Below, one piece after another: positions 51,287 through 63,360 of a stretch of DNA of 64,000 nt (within the stretch, counting starts at the first letter, position 1; every line of letters begins with the position of its first letter). Under the pieces are notes generated by a model. The model made no database searches, was not told where the DNA came from, and saw only the letters and a list, made by a program, of their open reading frames with translations. This DNA is from Chiloscyllium plagiosum (taxonomy: Eukaryota), in NCBI RefSeq assembly GCF_004010195.1, contig NC_057718.1:9806872-9870871 (forward strand), in the 5' to 3' direction. The position numbers were made by a program, and so were the translations under genes.

Positions 51287-51393
51287 GGAGAAAGTGAGGT
51301 CTGCAGATGCTGGAGATCAGAGCTGGAAATGTGTTGCTGGAAAACCAAAACCAAAAGCGCTGGACCTGCTGCGCTTTTCCAGCAACACATTTC
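51287..51393 (-). mobile_element. 107-bp family A fold-back remnant
   Basis: Tail plus 20-bp inverted arms (51325-51344 and 51375-51394); 17-bp TSD ctgcacttaataaggta (51270-51286, 51394-51410). Confidence 0.88.
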
Positions 51394-52172
51394 CTGCACT
51401 TAATAAGGTATAAAGCTATTGTAAACAATCCTGATAGAATGAGGTGAGAAGGCTAGAAGAAAAGCAGAGAAGCCAGTGTTAAACATCTAACACATTTGAC
51501 GAATTTCTGCCCTGAGCATCTGTCAAAATTGCCTGATATGAACAGAGGGAAAGTGACTGAATTTTGAGCTGATTGCTCGAACTCCAATGGCATTGCTCAG
51601 AAACAGCGATTTAGACAACACACAGTTGTGGTCAAATAAAGAAAAACTGCTCACTACGGTTTTGCAAAAATCAGAGCATGATGAAGAGAGGAACGGGAAA
51701 TAGAGACTTTGAGAGTTCTGTTTTTGTTAGTGCCTGATGTTGTGTGGTGTCAAGAGAGATGTTATAGGGCTGGAAACCTGCCTCCCTTTACCCAGCCTGA
51801 TGGTACATGACTCCAGTCCCACAGCAATTGGGTAACTCTTAGAGGTCTGTAAAGCAGCCCAAGAGAGCTACCCAAGTAAGATAAAACTGGTTCTATTACC
51901 TTCTCCAGACACTGACTGTAGCAGCTCAAGGATGATATGAACAATAGACGCCAGCCTTGCTTATGTCCGGTACTAATGGACAATTCTGATCGCAGAATAA
52001 AATATGGATTGATAGATCATATGTTTGTTTTAATTTGTTCATTTAGTTAATGTGGTGATTAGTAATTGAGAAATTCTCTCATAAGACTTCAGATTTTCTT
52101 TAACAGAAGTAATTATGCAATTTTTAAAAAACATGCTAACTAAATATGGAAGACAGTTAGATCACAAAATAT

Positions 52173-52964
52173 TGTTACAACATGGAGGTGAACCTTTTCT
52201 GTTAACTAAACCAAACACCCAGAAGAGGTTGTCTAGCCTTGTAATCTGTTAAAATATGAGTGACAGAAAACTCTTAAATTCCACTATTTAAAGAAAATAA
52301 CATCAATTTATTTTCTAACTGTAAAAGTGAGCATTAAACAAAAAACCTATTCACAAATCTAAGCCCCCTTTTCTCTTAACTGCTTACTATCTGGCTCCAA
52401 CTCTCATAACAATATGCTGTTCCAATAAGACACTTAATAAAATTACATTAAGTTAATCTAAAAATCACACAGTCTCTGTCTTCTGAGTCTTCACTTTTCT
52501 GGCTGCTGATCATCCTGGGTCATCGTCTGTCTTTTCACTGTGAATAGGCATTACATGGAAAAGGAACCTTTTGATAGAGAGGGTTTTTTTCTGATTTCTT
52601 AAGAGCACAATATTAGATGGGCATTTAGCGCTCTGGCATTTTCTCTCTGACTAATTTTCAAAATGTCCACATTCTTATACCCCCAACATCGGATCACCTC
52701 ATTGGTTCAATGTTGGCAAAACACTAAATTCAAACTTGATTGGGTTTTAGTATCCTGGGGCAAAATTTAAACTGGTTAAATTCAACTTGTTGTCCAAACA
52801 TTAACCAAAACTCAGGGTCCATTTCACAGCCAAACGTTACATATTTTCAATTTCAAGTATACTCTGGGACTACCATCCAATCATATACACAGGTGCTTCT
52901 AATCTCTCAGTTCAGAACAGCATTCTTTCTTAAAGGTACAGTACATGCTTTCAACTTCATAACA
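52173..52964. mobile_element. Solo LTR (Ty3/gypsy-like)
   Basis: TGTTA...TAACA inverted termini; perfect TSD atat (52169-52172, 52965-52968). Confidence 0.85.
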
Positions 52965-53384
52965 ATATGCGGCAAAACAAAGTCCCCTGACACCAATCAT
53001 TACAAAGAGTCCAGCCCAAAAAGAAATTTTTCCCTTGTCTTGATTCTTTTAGGTTTAACTTACCTGACTCCCTAAAGTTCATTTGTGAAGACAATTTCCC
53101 AGTCTGCCAAAATGAACTTTTCACCAACCTGAGTGTCTAAATGTTCTCAGTTCTAATGACCTGCAGGTGGGAGAGCTTCACAAATTAAACACTTGCGCAG
53201 ATAACCGGTTCCCTGATCTGCCTTGAACTGCTCCTAGGAGGGAAACTACGTTTTCTTCTGAACTGAGAAGAAGGCTAACAGCTGAAGATGTTTGCCCTAC
53301 TTATCATAAATCCAACAGTAGAAACATTTTTCCATTAATACCACAAAGGTCAGTAAACACAATACTGGATTTAGTCACTGTTTC

Positions 53385-53970
53385 AGAATATTGAGGTTGT
53401 ACAAGATATTGATGAGGCCTTGTCTAGAGAACTGTGTCCAGTTCTGTTTGGCCTGGTATAGGAAGGATATTATTAAACTGGAGAGGGTTCAGGAAGGATT
53501 TACCAGGATGTTGTCAGGAATGGAGAGTTTGAAATACAAAAATAGACTGGAAAGACTCAGTCTGTTTTCACTGGAGCATAGGAGGTTATTAAAAATTAAA
53601 CCTTATTGAGGTTTATAAAATCATGAAAGGTATAGACAAGGTAAATGACAAGGGTCCTTTCCCTAGGGTGGGTGAGATTGAAACAAAGGGACATATTTTT
53701 AAGGTGAGAGGAGAAAAATTTAAAACAAGACATGAGGGACAACTTTTTGTTATATGAAGAATGGTTTGTGTGTGGACTAACAACATCCTGATAAATCCTT
53801 CAGAAGTGGTGGGTGCAGGTACAGTTAGAATGTTCAAAAGACATTTGGATAGGTTTATGAATAGGAAAAAGTTGGAGGGATATGGGCCAAGCGCAGGCAG
53901 GTAGGGCTAGTTTAGTTAGGGATTGTAGTTGGCATGGGCTGGTTGGATTGAGGGGTCTGTTTCTATGGTG
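53385..53970 (+). mobile_element. CR1 3' fragment
   Basis: LYKILMRPCLENCVQF..RKDIIKLERVQ. Confidence 0.85.
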
Positions 53971-54753
53971 AGTGACCCCGACTTGTCGACTTTCTAATTT
54001 CTTAGAACTGACCCCGATGATTCTGCCTCTTTTTTCAAAACAATACAAATTTCAAGAATGGTACATATCGCACCCCTTTCACCACAATATAAACAGGTTC
54101 ATGTGAAACAGAACTGCTAAACAAGAATTCTACCTGATGTTTCAGAGCCCAGGGAAAAGTTACTTTGTGATGCAGGATAGGATTACCTGGGGATAATGTA
54201 GGATACTGCACTTAGGTAGAGAAGTGATATCATCAGTCAATGAAAATAAATCTAGAAGTTAGTTACAGTCATTCCTTTCTTCTGCATTATTGTCCTTTCC
54301 CCTTCTCAATAGAAGCTGGAGTAAGCCATTTTTAAAATTCCTTCCTTCCTTCCTCTCTACCCCCAAGCATTGCTGTGAAGACCAAATTTCTAATGGATGC
54401 AAAAGTCTCCAATAGTCGAGGAAGGAAGCTTACATTTAACACTCGGTGACAGTTTCTGCAGCTGGCCTTCCTTCCTGAACCATATATCACCCTTGGTTGC
54501 CTGTGCAACTGTCTGCTCTGATTTAGAGGCGTTACATTCTCTGTCTCTCTCTCTTCCTCTCCACCTGCCTCCACCTCACCAAATGATGACCTTAAATACA
54601 TTTTTTAGCATAATGAACCCTTATTTGGGCTGTTGTTGTAACTGTTCCAATCCACAATTATATGCTAGGTTGTTTTGCCACACAGGTGGGGCTGGGGACA
54701 TATCTCAGTGAATAAGGCCCAGCTGTGTTGCTCCCTGTATTAATGTGATTATA

Positions 54754-55660
54754 GCTGAAAATGTGTTGCTGGAAAAGCGCAGCAGGTCAGGCAGCATCCA
54801 GGGAACAGGAGAATCGACGTTTCGGGCATAAGCCCTTNNNNNNNNNNNNNNNNNNNNNNNNNNNNNNNNNNNNNNNNNNNNNNNNNNNNNNNNNNNNNNN
54901 NNNNNNNNNNNNNNNNNNNNNNNNNNNNNNNNNNNNNNNNNNNNNNNNNNNNNNNNNNNNNNNNNNNNNNNNNNNNNNNNNNNNNNNNNNNNNNNNNNNN
55001 NNNNNNNNNNNNNNNNNNNNNNNNNNNNNNNNNNNNNNNNNNNNNNNNNNNNNNNNNNNNNNNNNNNNNNNNNNNNNNNNNNNNNNNNNNNNNNNNNNNN
55101 NNNNNNNNNNNNNNNNNNNNNNNNNNNNNNNNNNNNNNNNNNNNNNNNNNNNNNNNNNNNNNNNNNNNNNNNNNNNNNNNNNNNNNNNNNNNNNNNNNNN
55201 NNNNNNNNNNNNNNNNNNNNNNNNNNNNNNNNNNNNNNNNNNNNNNNNNNNNNNNNNNNNNNNNNNNNNNNNNNNNNNNNNNNNNNNNNNNNNNNNNNNN
55301 NNNNNNNNNNNNNNNNNNNNNNNNNNNNNNNNNNNNNNNNNNNNNNNNNNNNNNNNAACTCAGCACCGCCTTCCTAACCTGCAATCTTCTTCCCGACCTC
55401 TCCGCCCCCACCCCAGTCTGCCCTATCACCCTCACCTTGACCTCTTTCCACCTATCACATTTCCGACGCCCCTCCCCCAAGTCCCTCCTCCCTACCTTTT
55501 ATCTTGGCCTGCTGGACAAACTTTCCTCATTCCTGAAGAAGGGCTTATGCCCGAAACATCGATTCTCCTGTTCCCTGGATGCTGCCTGACCTGCTGCGCT
55601 TTTCCAACAACACATTTTCAGCTCTGATCTCCAGCATCTGCAGACCTCACTTTCTCCTCC
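54754..55660 (+). mobile_element. Family A PLE with inverted pseudo-LTR, spanning a gap (N 54838-55356)
   Basis: The left end is the reverse complement of the right pseudo-LTR; 14-bp TSD ttaatgtgattata (54740-54753, 55661-55674). Confidence 0.92.
55529..55564 (+). ncRNA. Minimal hammerhead motif (family A)
   Basis: ATTC-CTGAAGA-A-GGGC-TTAT-GCCC-GAAA-CA-TC-GATT. Confidence 0.75.
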
Positions 55661-56555
55661 TTAATGTGATTATATTGTGGTTGTGTGACCAAACAGTCTA
55701 AGGCACTAGATTTGGGTTCCAACGGCCCTTGTGGTACAGTGGTTATGACCCTATCTCTGAGTCAGAAGGTCGGAGTTCAAGTCCCACCTGCACCAGAGGT
55801 GTCTAATAACATCTCTGAACAGGTTGGCTAGAAAATATCTACAATAGCCATACCCATTTGTAGAGATGACTGTGAACCAGCTGAAGGTAAGGAACAAGAG
55901 TCAGGTTTGTATCATCTCACAATGAGACTTTTATTTTACTGTTCCCAGTCTTGTCTGGTCTCACCCCTCCGCACTTGGGGAAGGTTTGTTATCGTTAGAA
56001 CCAGTGTAGTTTTCCATGCCACGAGCCTAGTGATGGCTGCCATATTCTGTATAGAGGGTCAGAAAGCAAGCAACCGCATGTGTTTAGAGCATTTTCATGA
56101 ACTGATGACATTTCAAAGTATTCTGTGGCCCGTGAATCACCTTTTGTTTTAAGGTGAAGTCGCTGTTGTGATATAGTAAATGCAGCAGCAGATTTATACA
56201 CAGTACGCTCCCACAGGCAGCAGTGTGAAAAAGTAGAGATGATCAGTCTTATTTATTTCTGACGTTTGTTTGAGAAGCAACTTTTTTGTTCTTGTCACCA
56301 GGGAAGGTTGACCCCCCACCCTGTTCTCATAGATCTTCTCTCACTTCCTTATACCCCTCCATCTCCACATTTATGTTGTGCAGAGCTTCAAGAGAGCTAA
56401 GAAAACCCGGAGCTAACCTGGATGCTTATAAATGTGCTCCTTGTCCAAAAGAAACCCGATGATGTAGTAAATAACTGAAAGGCATTTTTAAAAGTTTGAT
56501 CACATCTCACAATAGCCTAATATTGTGAAGTAAAAGATATTGGGAGAATACTTTT

Positions 56556-57030
56556 CAGATGTTCATAGCTCCTTGAAAGTGGAGTTGCAGGTAGGTAGGA
56601 TAGTGAAGAAGGCGTTTGGTATGCTTTCCTTTATTGGTCAGAGTATTGAGTACAGGAGTTGGGAGGTCATGTTGCGGCTGTACAGGACATTGGTTAGGCC
56701 ACTGTTGGAATATTGCGTGCAATTCTGGTCTCCTTCCTATCGGAAAGATGTTGTGAAACTTGAAAGGNNNNNNNNNNNNNNNNNNNNNNNNNNNNNNNNN
56801 NNNNNNNNNNNNNNNNNNNNNNNNNNNNNNNNNNNNNNNNNNNNNNNNNNNNNNNNNNNNNNNNNNNNNNNNNNNAGAGGCATTTGGATGGGTATATGAA
56901 TAGGAAGGGTTTGGAGGGATATGGGTCGGGTGCTGGCAGGTGGGACTAGATTGGGTTGGGATATCTGGTCGGCATGGATGGGTTGGACCGAAGGGTCTGT
57001 TTCCATGCTGTACACCTCTATGACTCTATG
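56556..57030 (+). mobile_element. CR1/HER1-like 3' fragment with gap (N 56768-56875)
   Basis: [19 protein letters not shown]; tail ctctatgactctatg. Confidence 0.92.
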
Positions 57031-58010
57031 TTCTTAATGTAGCCAAACATCATTTTTATGGGGTTTTTTTGTGCTGCTGAGCAAATTCCCAAAGCATCTC
57101 TACAACCGTTGCAGCTTCAGCTAGAGAACCAGGTGAGTAAGCAGGTGGGCATTTTACAGACCACTCGTGAAAATCTTCCTTTTCTTTCATTGATGCATTT
57201 TGTTTGTTATCCTGATCCACGCCTCAGAAATGCTTGCGGTTATCTAGGGCAGTTTTATTGGTTTCCTACTGCATGGTTATTGTGTGATGTCGTAGGTAAC
57301 ATGACTACCTGGACCTTCTAATCAACTTTTCGGGTGTCATCTGTATTAGTCCAAGACATTCCTTGACTTGCTTCCACCATCTCTCGTTTCATTTCTAGAG
57401 TTAAAGAAAGATCTGGTAAAAGCTGGGTAACAGTCTGGCTTTAGCTGCATTGAAATATCTCTTGGTGCATTCCAGATGACAGCGAGAGCAGTTTGCAGGC
57501 ATTGCCCCAGGCTTGCCTGTGCTTTCACAATCTAGTGAGGCCTAACTCTGTTTCAGTTGCTTGCACAGCCATATGACTAATCCACAGTTGCCAATCCAGA
57601 ACTTTGATTTATCATGTGAATCTTTTTTCTATTGGGTTTCCTATTCTGCGGAAGGTGGCTGATGGTTTTGCCACAAATGGAGTTTCAGGTTTTCCGAATT
57701 TGACTGTTTGTGATTTCAGTATATGTCCAAGTAGTATGCCACTCTATTTTGGATGTATATCACTGTCCCTTCATTGCTGGTCAAAACATTTGGAAACTGG
57801 CAACTTCAATGTGCAGATGGCTCGTGAAGAATTCCCATCAGCTTTCTCAAGGTCCTTGAAGTATGAGGAATAAATGCTAGCTGAGCTGGTGATGCTCCTA
57901 TTTAGAAAGAGAACTTCTAAAATCTGTTACAGGGGTTGCAAACTGGAAGTGATGAGAGGGAGGTGAACAGAGTTGAGATTTAATTGCTGTGTGTAAATGG
58001 ATATATGAGT

Positions 58011-58101
58011 TTAGATCAGAGTGGTGCTGGAAAAGCACAGCAGGCAGCATCCGAGGAGCAGGAAAATTGACGTTTCGGGCAAAAGCCCTTCATCAGGAAT
58101 A
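58011..58101 (-). mobile_element. ~90-bp family A-type pseudo-LTR insert whose 5' end is the hammerhead (58065-58100)
   Basis: Reverse complement ATTC-CTGATGA-A-GGGC-TTTT-GCCC-GAAA-CG-TC-AATT, then pseudo-LTR sequence. Confidence 0.82.
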
Positions 58102-60190
58102 GAGTGGGTAGCAGAGGTAGTGTGCTTTTGAATGTTGAGATTTGTTCTTTGTAATCCTGCTTGATTGTGTAATTGATTTAGAGAAAACAAAGGCAGAAAT
58201 ATTGTACATGTGATTTAATTATACCTGTTATTTATCTCATCAAATCGGAGTACAAAAGGAAAAACTTATCAATTGTAATGGCTGTGTTTTCACCTACAGT
58301 GTTAATTATTGATGTTTTGTTCTGGAGACATACTATGTATAAATTTTTAAAATTTTCTTCCTTGCGGACAAACTTTAAATTGCGAATCCTTGGACAGCAT
58401 CTTCTTAAACTGGTGAAATCTGCACCAGGAAGGACAAGGACAGCACCCACAGGTTCTCCTCCAAGCCATACACCATCCTGACTTGGAATAGATAGCTGTT
58501 CCTTTAATTGCTGGGTCAAAATCTTGGCCCATCCTTCCTCACAGCACTGTGGGTGTACCACAGGTCCTGCAGAGATTCAAGAAGGTGATTCGCCACCATC
58601 CTATCAAGGGCAATTAGGGTTAGGAAGTGCTGATTTAACAACCTATGTCCACGTTCCCTGAACCAATAAAATGTCAAACTATCATCTGTATTGAATCCAA
58701 ATCCTGAAGTGCGGTTTTTTTAATTTCCTCGGACGTTCTGGGGTTAGAGGACTGTGTTGTATTCAGTGGGGGACTTTCTTTTTTGTATGCTTGCTTGCTT
58801 GGCATTATCCATCCTGAGAGACTGTGAATGATTCCTGAAGTTCAGTAAACTTGATTCGCAATCCTTTTGTTTTGTCAGTCCTGATCTTTTAGGGGTACTT
58901 GCACGCTTCACTGAGCTCGGACAATAAATTGCTCGGGTTGGGTTTAATCCTTTTCAGAACCACAGTTTCTGGCGGGACTTGTTTCAGAATTGGTTATATC
59001 TCTTGTTCCTAAACCCAAGGGTGCTGACGCCGATTCCTGTTCCCAGACCTGGCTGGTTTCACCTTCCATTAACTCAGAATGGAATGTGAATTTTCCCAGC
59101 TCTGGGAAGTGACACCACAGAGTTTGTGTTTTTTTCTTTTTTTAAAAAAAATAGAAATCTCAATGGTATTAGGACTGTTTGGTTGAATCAAATTGCTTAG
59201 TAACAAATGCCAGCTGTTTCCTATTTGGATTGTGTGGGGTTTCAGGATCTGAAATATTTAACAAGCGATTCTCATTAAACAAACTGAGTGTGTAATCCCT
59301 GGAATTAGTGCATGGCAGCTTTTTATTTGAGTAATTTTCTATGTTGTTCAGAGAGCATTGGCTAGTCTGAAGGTAACAAACGGGGCTGCAGCGAATTCAG
59401 CGGGGACACTACAGGAAGGGAGGTTATGTATCCAGACACTTGAGCCTGTCTGGAGATTGACGGCTGGAAAGCATCCTGACGAGGGAATTCAGTCTGTCTC
59501 TGGGCTGTCGTGATCATGTGGAGAGTGCAAAAGCTGTTGCCCTTGAGGCTTTGCAATTGTTGAAAAGCACAGGTGCAGTCATTGTCCATCTCCTCCCACC
59601 GTTCTCCGCACGCTTCATTAAGCCAATTTTAATTATGAAATCCAGTATTTATTCATGTCTGTTGACAGAAAGTGATTTGTTATAGAGTTCATCAGCTCAA
59701 AATGCTTTTTGAATTTTCTTTTGGAGCAATCTCATTATGAATATTAGTCTGACCCTTCTATCCCTTCTTCCCAATGCCTGTATTTTCTTCTCCAATTGAT
59801 TTGGGTTTACCTACTTTGTATATACTACCAATGTGGAGGATTAATTTGGGTCTTGTCAGTGCACCTTCTAACTGACTCCAGACGGGGTTTTAACGCCTTC
59901 CCCTCGCAGAGGAAGGTGAAAGTGTCTCCTTTCTGCAACAGAATGCTGTGGTTAGAGGCCCCCTTCAGACCCGAGAAACACAAACACCAGTCCGGGCTGA
60001 TGGTCCTGTGGGGTACTGAGGGAGGGCTATACCGTGGAAGGTACCATTCTCTGACCGAGATATTAAAAAGAGACCCTGTCACATGGACACAAAATATCCT
60101 ATAGTATTGTCTTCAAGAAGATCAAGAGAACGTTCTTCCACTTGACTTCACCAATGACTTATCACTAAAATAGATTATTGGCTAATATCA

Positions 60191-61317
60191 CATAGAGTCA
60201 TAGAGATGTACAGCATGGAAACGGACCCTTTGGTCCAATCCGTCCATGCCGACCAGATATCCCAATCCAATCTAGACCCACCTGCCAGCACCCGGCCCAT
60301 ATCCCTCCAAACCCTTCCTATTTATATACCCATCCAAATGCCTCTGAAATGTTGCAAATGTACCAGCCTCCACCACATCCTCTGGCAGCTCATTCCATAC
60401 ACTTACCACCCTTTGCATGAAAAAGTTGCCCCATAGGTCTCCCTCTCCCTGTAGTTGAGATCCTCTAACCCTGGCAACATCCTTGTAAATCTTTTTTGAA
60501 CCCTTTCAAGTTTCACAACATCTTTCTGATAGGAAGGAGACCAGAATTGCACGCAATATTCCAACAGTGGCCTAACCAATGTCCTGTAGAGCTGCAACAT
60601 GATCTCCCAACTCCTGTACTCAATACTCTGACCAATAAAGGAAAGCATGCCAAACGCCTTCTTCACTATCCTATCTACCTGCAACTTCACTTTCAAGGAG
60701 CTACGAACCTGCACTTTTTGTTCAGCAACACTCTCTATGACCTTACCATTAAGTGTATAAGTCCTGCTCAGATTTGCTTTCCCAAAATGCACACCTTGCA
60801 TTTGTCTGAATTAAACTCCATCTGCCACTTCTCAGCCCATTGACCCATCTGGTCAAGACCCTGTTGTAATCTGAGGTAGCCCTCTTCGCTGTCCATTACA
60901 CCTCCAATTTTAGTGTCATCTGCAAACTTACTAACTACCTCTTATGCTCGCATCCAAATCATTTATGTAAACGACAAAAAGTAGAGGACCCAGCACCGAT
61001 CCTTGTGGCACTCCACAGGTCACAGTCTGAAAAGCAACCCTCCTCCACCACCACCCTCTGTCTTCTACCTTTTGAGCCAGTTCTGTATCCAAATGGCTAG
61101 TTCTCCCTGTATTCCATGAGATCTAATCTTGCTAATCAGTCTCCCATGGGGAACCTTGGTGATGCCTTACTGACGTCCATATAGATCACTATCTCTAATC
61201 AGTCCTTGCCTTTCCAAATACATGTCCCTCAGGATTCCCTCCAACAACTTGCCCACCACTGAGGTCAGGCTCACCGGTCTATAGTTCCCTGGCTTGTCTT
61301 TACTGCCCTTCTTAAAC
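60191..61317 (-). mobile_element. CR1/HER1-like RT-3'UTR fragment with deletions
   Basis: ORF 60801-60403 RT C-terminus; aagtttgcagatgacact (KFADDT) near 60920; tail catagagtcatagag. Confidence 0.93.
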
Positions 61318-61787
61318 ATAGTGGGAACTTGCTGTGTTCAAATCAGCTGGCAAGTTTCCTGCTTCACAGCTGTGACTACACTTCAAAAGCAAGCACTTGA
61401 TTGGCTGTAAACTGTTTTAGATCATTCTAAGGACATGAACAAACCTATATAAATGAATGTCTGAATGTCCTTGCATTTAATATCAGGTTTTGAATCTAGT
61501 TTGCGTAACAACGGTGTCCACATTACAAAAGTACTTCAGTAGCTGTAAAGTGCTTTAGGATGAGGTTGTGAAGAATGATTTTTTTAAAAAAAAGACTTCT
61601 CTATTATTCACTTTTGGAACATGGACATCACTGGCTGGGCATAATTTTTATTGCTTGTTCCTAGGTGCTCTTGAGAAGGTGTTGGTAAGCTGCCTTCTGG
61701 AATGCTCCACTCCACATTCTTTAGGTTGACTTAGAATACCCTTAGGAAGGAAATTCGAGAATTTTGACTCAGCAACAGTAAAGGAAC

Positions 61788-61856
61788 TAGGCAGAAGTGA
61801 GGACTGCAGATGCTGGAAACCAGAATTTAGATTACAGTGGTGCTGGAAAGGCACAG
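61788..61856 (-). mobile_element. 69-bp PLE tail-only insert
   Basis: gcagaagtgaggactgcagatgctggaaaccag..; 12-bp TSD cagtaaaggaac (61776-61787, 61857-61868). Confidence 0.8.
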
Positions 61857-62729
61857 CAGTAAAGGAACAGCAATATATTTCCAAGTCTGGATGGTAACTG
61901 ACACTGAGGGGATCTTGCAGGTGGCGGTGTTCCCATAGATCTGCTGCCCTTGTCCTTCCAGGTGGAAGTGGTCAGTGGTTGGAAGGTGCTGTCTGAGGAT
62001 CTTTGGTGAGTTTCTGCAGTGCACCTTGTAGATAATACACACTGCTGCTACAGAGATGCTTGTGGATGCAGTGCCAATCAAGAGGGCTGCTTTGTCTTGG
62101 ATGGTGTCAAGCTTCTTAAGTAGTGTCGGAGCTGCGCCCATCCAGGCAATATACACATTTGTTCATTCTCGTGTTAACTGCAGCAAAGAAGTTGTCACTG
62201 CAGATCAAGGGCAGTGAATCAAGATGAACAGCAACACCTACAATTAAGGCAGTGACAGGGAAGTCAAGGTTCTGAAAACAAAAGAAAGGCAGGTGGAGCT
62301 CTCTCACGGCATGGAATTCCCACCCTCTTACGTATGACGAGTTCACCCACAATCCTGGGAAAACCATTTAGCTACTGTGCAACATGCAGAAGAATGAAGC
62401 TAACTTAAACTCCATTCAGAGAACAGAGTAGATTGTCCCTGTTTACATCAAGCTTTATATATTTACTTTGTTCAAGTCTGTATCAGTTTCATTTCCTTTG
62501 GGCTGAAGTGCCCTTTTATTCTCCTCATCCTTATTCAATTCTTCCATCTCTTCCAAAAAAAAAGACCCACTTTTTGTCAGAAAATAGTACATTATGTTTA
62601 TAGCACCAACAATTGGAGATTTTGGCAGAGAAAACGTGTGCTTTTGAAATATTAGCAGCTAACAATGACTAAGTTCTCTTTCTGCAGTCTCAAAATGGTG
62701 ATCTTTGGGTGAGGTCGCCAAAAGCATCA

Positions 62730-63360
62730 CATTTTATATAGAGTTAGATCAGTATCAGTAGATCAGTCGTCCATGCTACTATTTATGCTCCGGAACAGCT
62801 CTCTCCCCTCCCTGTTTTATGTAACTCTATCAGTGTAAACTTCTATAATCAAAGAAAAGTTACTGCAAAGAGGCCAGTCAGCCCATTACCTCTGCACCTG
62901 CTGAATAAACTAGCTGCCAATTCTAATCCCACTTACCTCTTGGGTTACAGCGCTTCAGTTGTGGATCCAGGTTCCTTTTACATTGGTTAAAGGCTTCTGC
63001 CTCAAACACCAGAGTGGGTGCAAATTCCACACACCTGCCCTCTGGGTGAAAAACTTTTTTGACTCCTGCACCCTCTCATCCTTCTGTTGATCATCTTAAA
63101 CTCTCCCAACCCAGCCCAGTAGGCAATCTCTCTGCTCGGGGAAACATGTCTTTCCTGTCCACTGTGCAACTCCATTATTATTTTGTGCACCTCGATTTAA
63201 GTCACTCTGCAGTCTCCTGTTGTAAGGATAATCCAATCTTTCTTCACAGTTGTAAGCGTCATGCTCTGCCAACATTGTTAAAAAAAAAAATCCCCTGTAC
63301 ACTCTACCTTGATCAATTATGTCCTTCCTGTAATGTGATGACCAGAAATGTGCGCAAAAC
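62730..63360 (-). mobile_element. Old CR1 3' fragments
   Basis: FCAHFWSSHYRKDI..RLQSDL on the minus strand; degenerate. Confidence 0.6.

Noticed and set aside
56409..56432. gctaacctggat resembling the SNLD start of exon 2
   Set aside because: Followed by AY-stop with no EES/WHQQ continuation.
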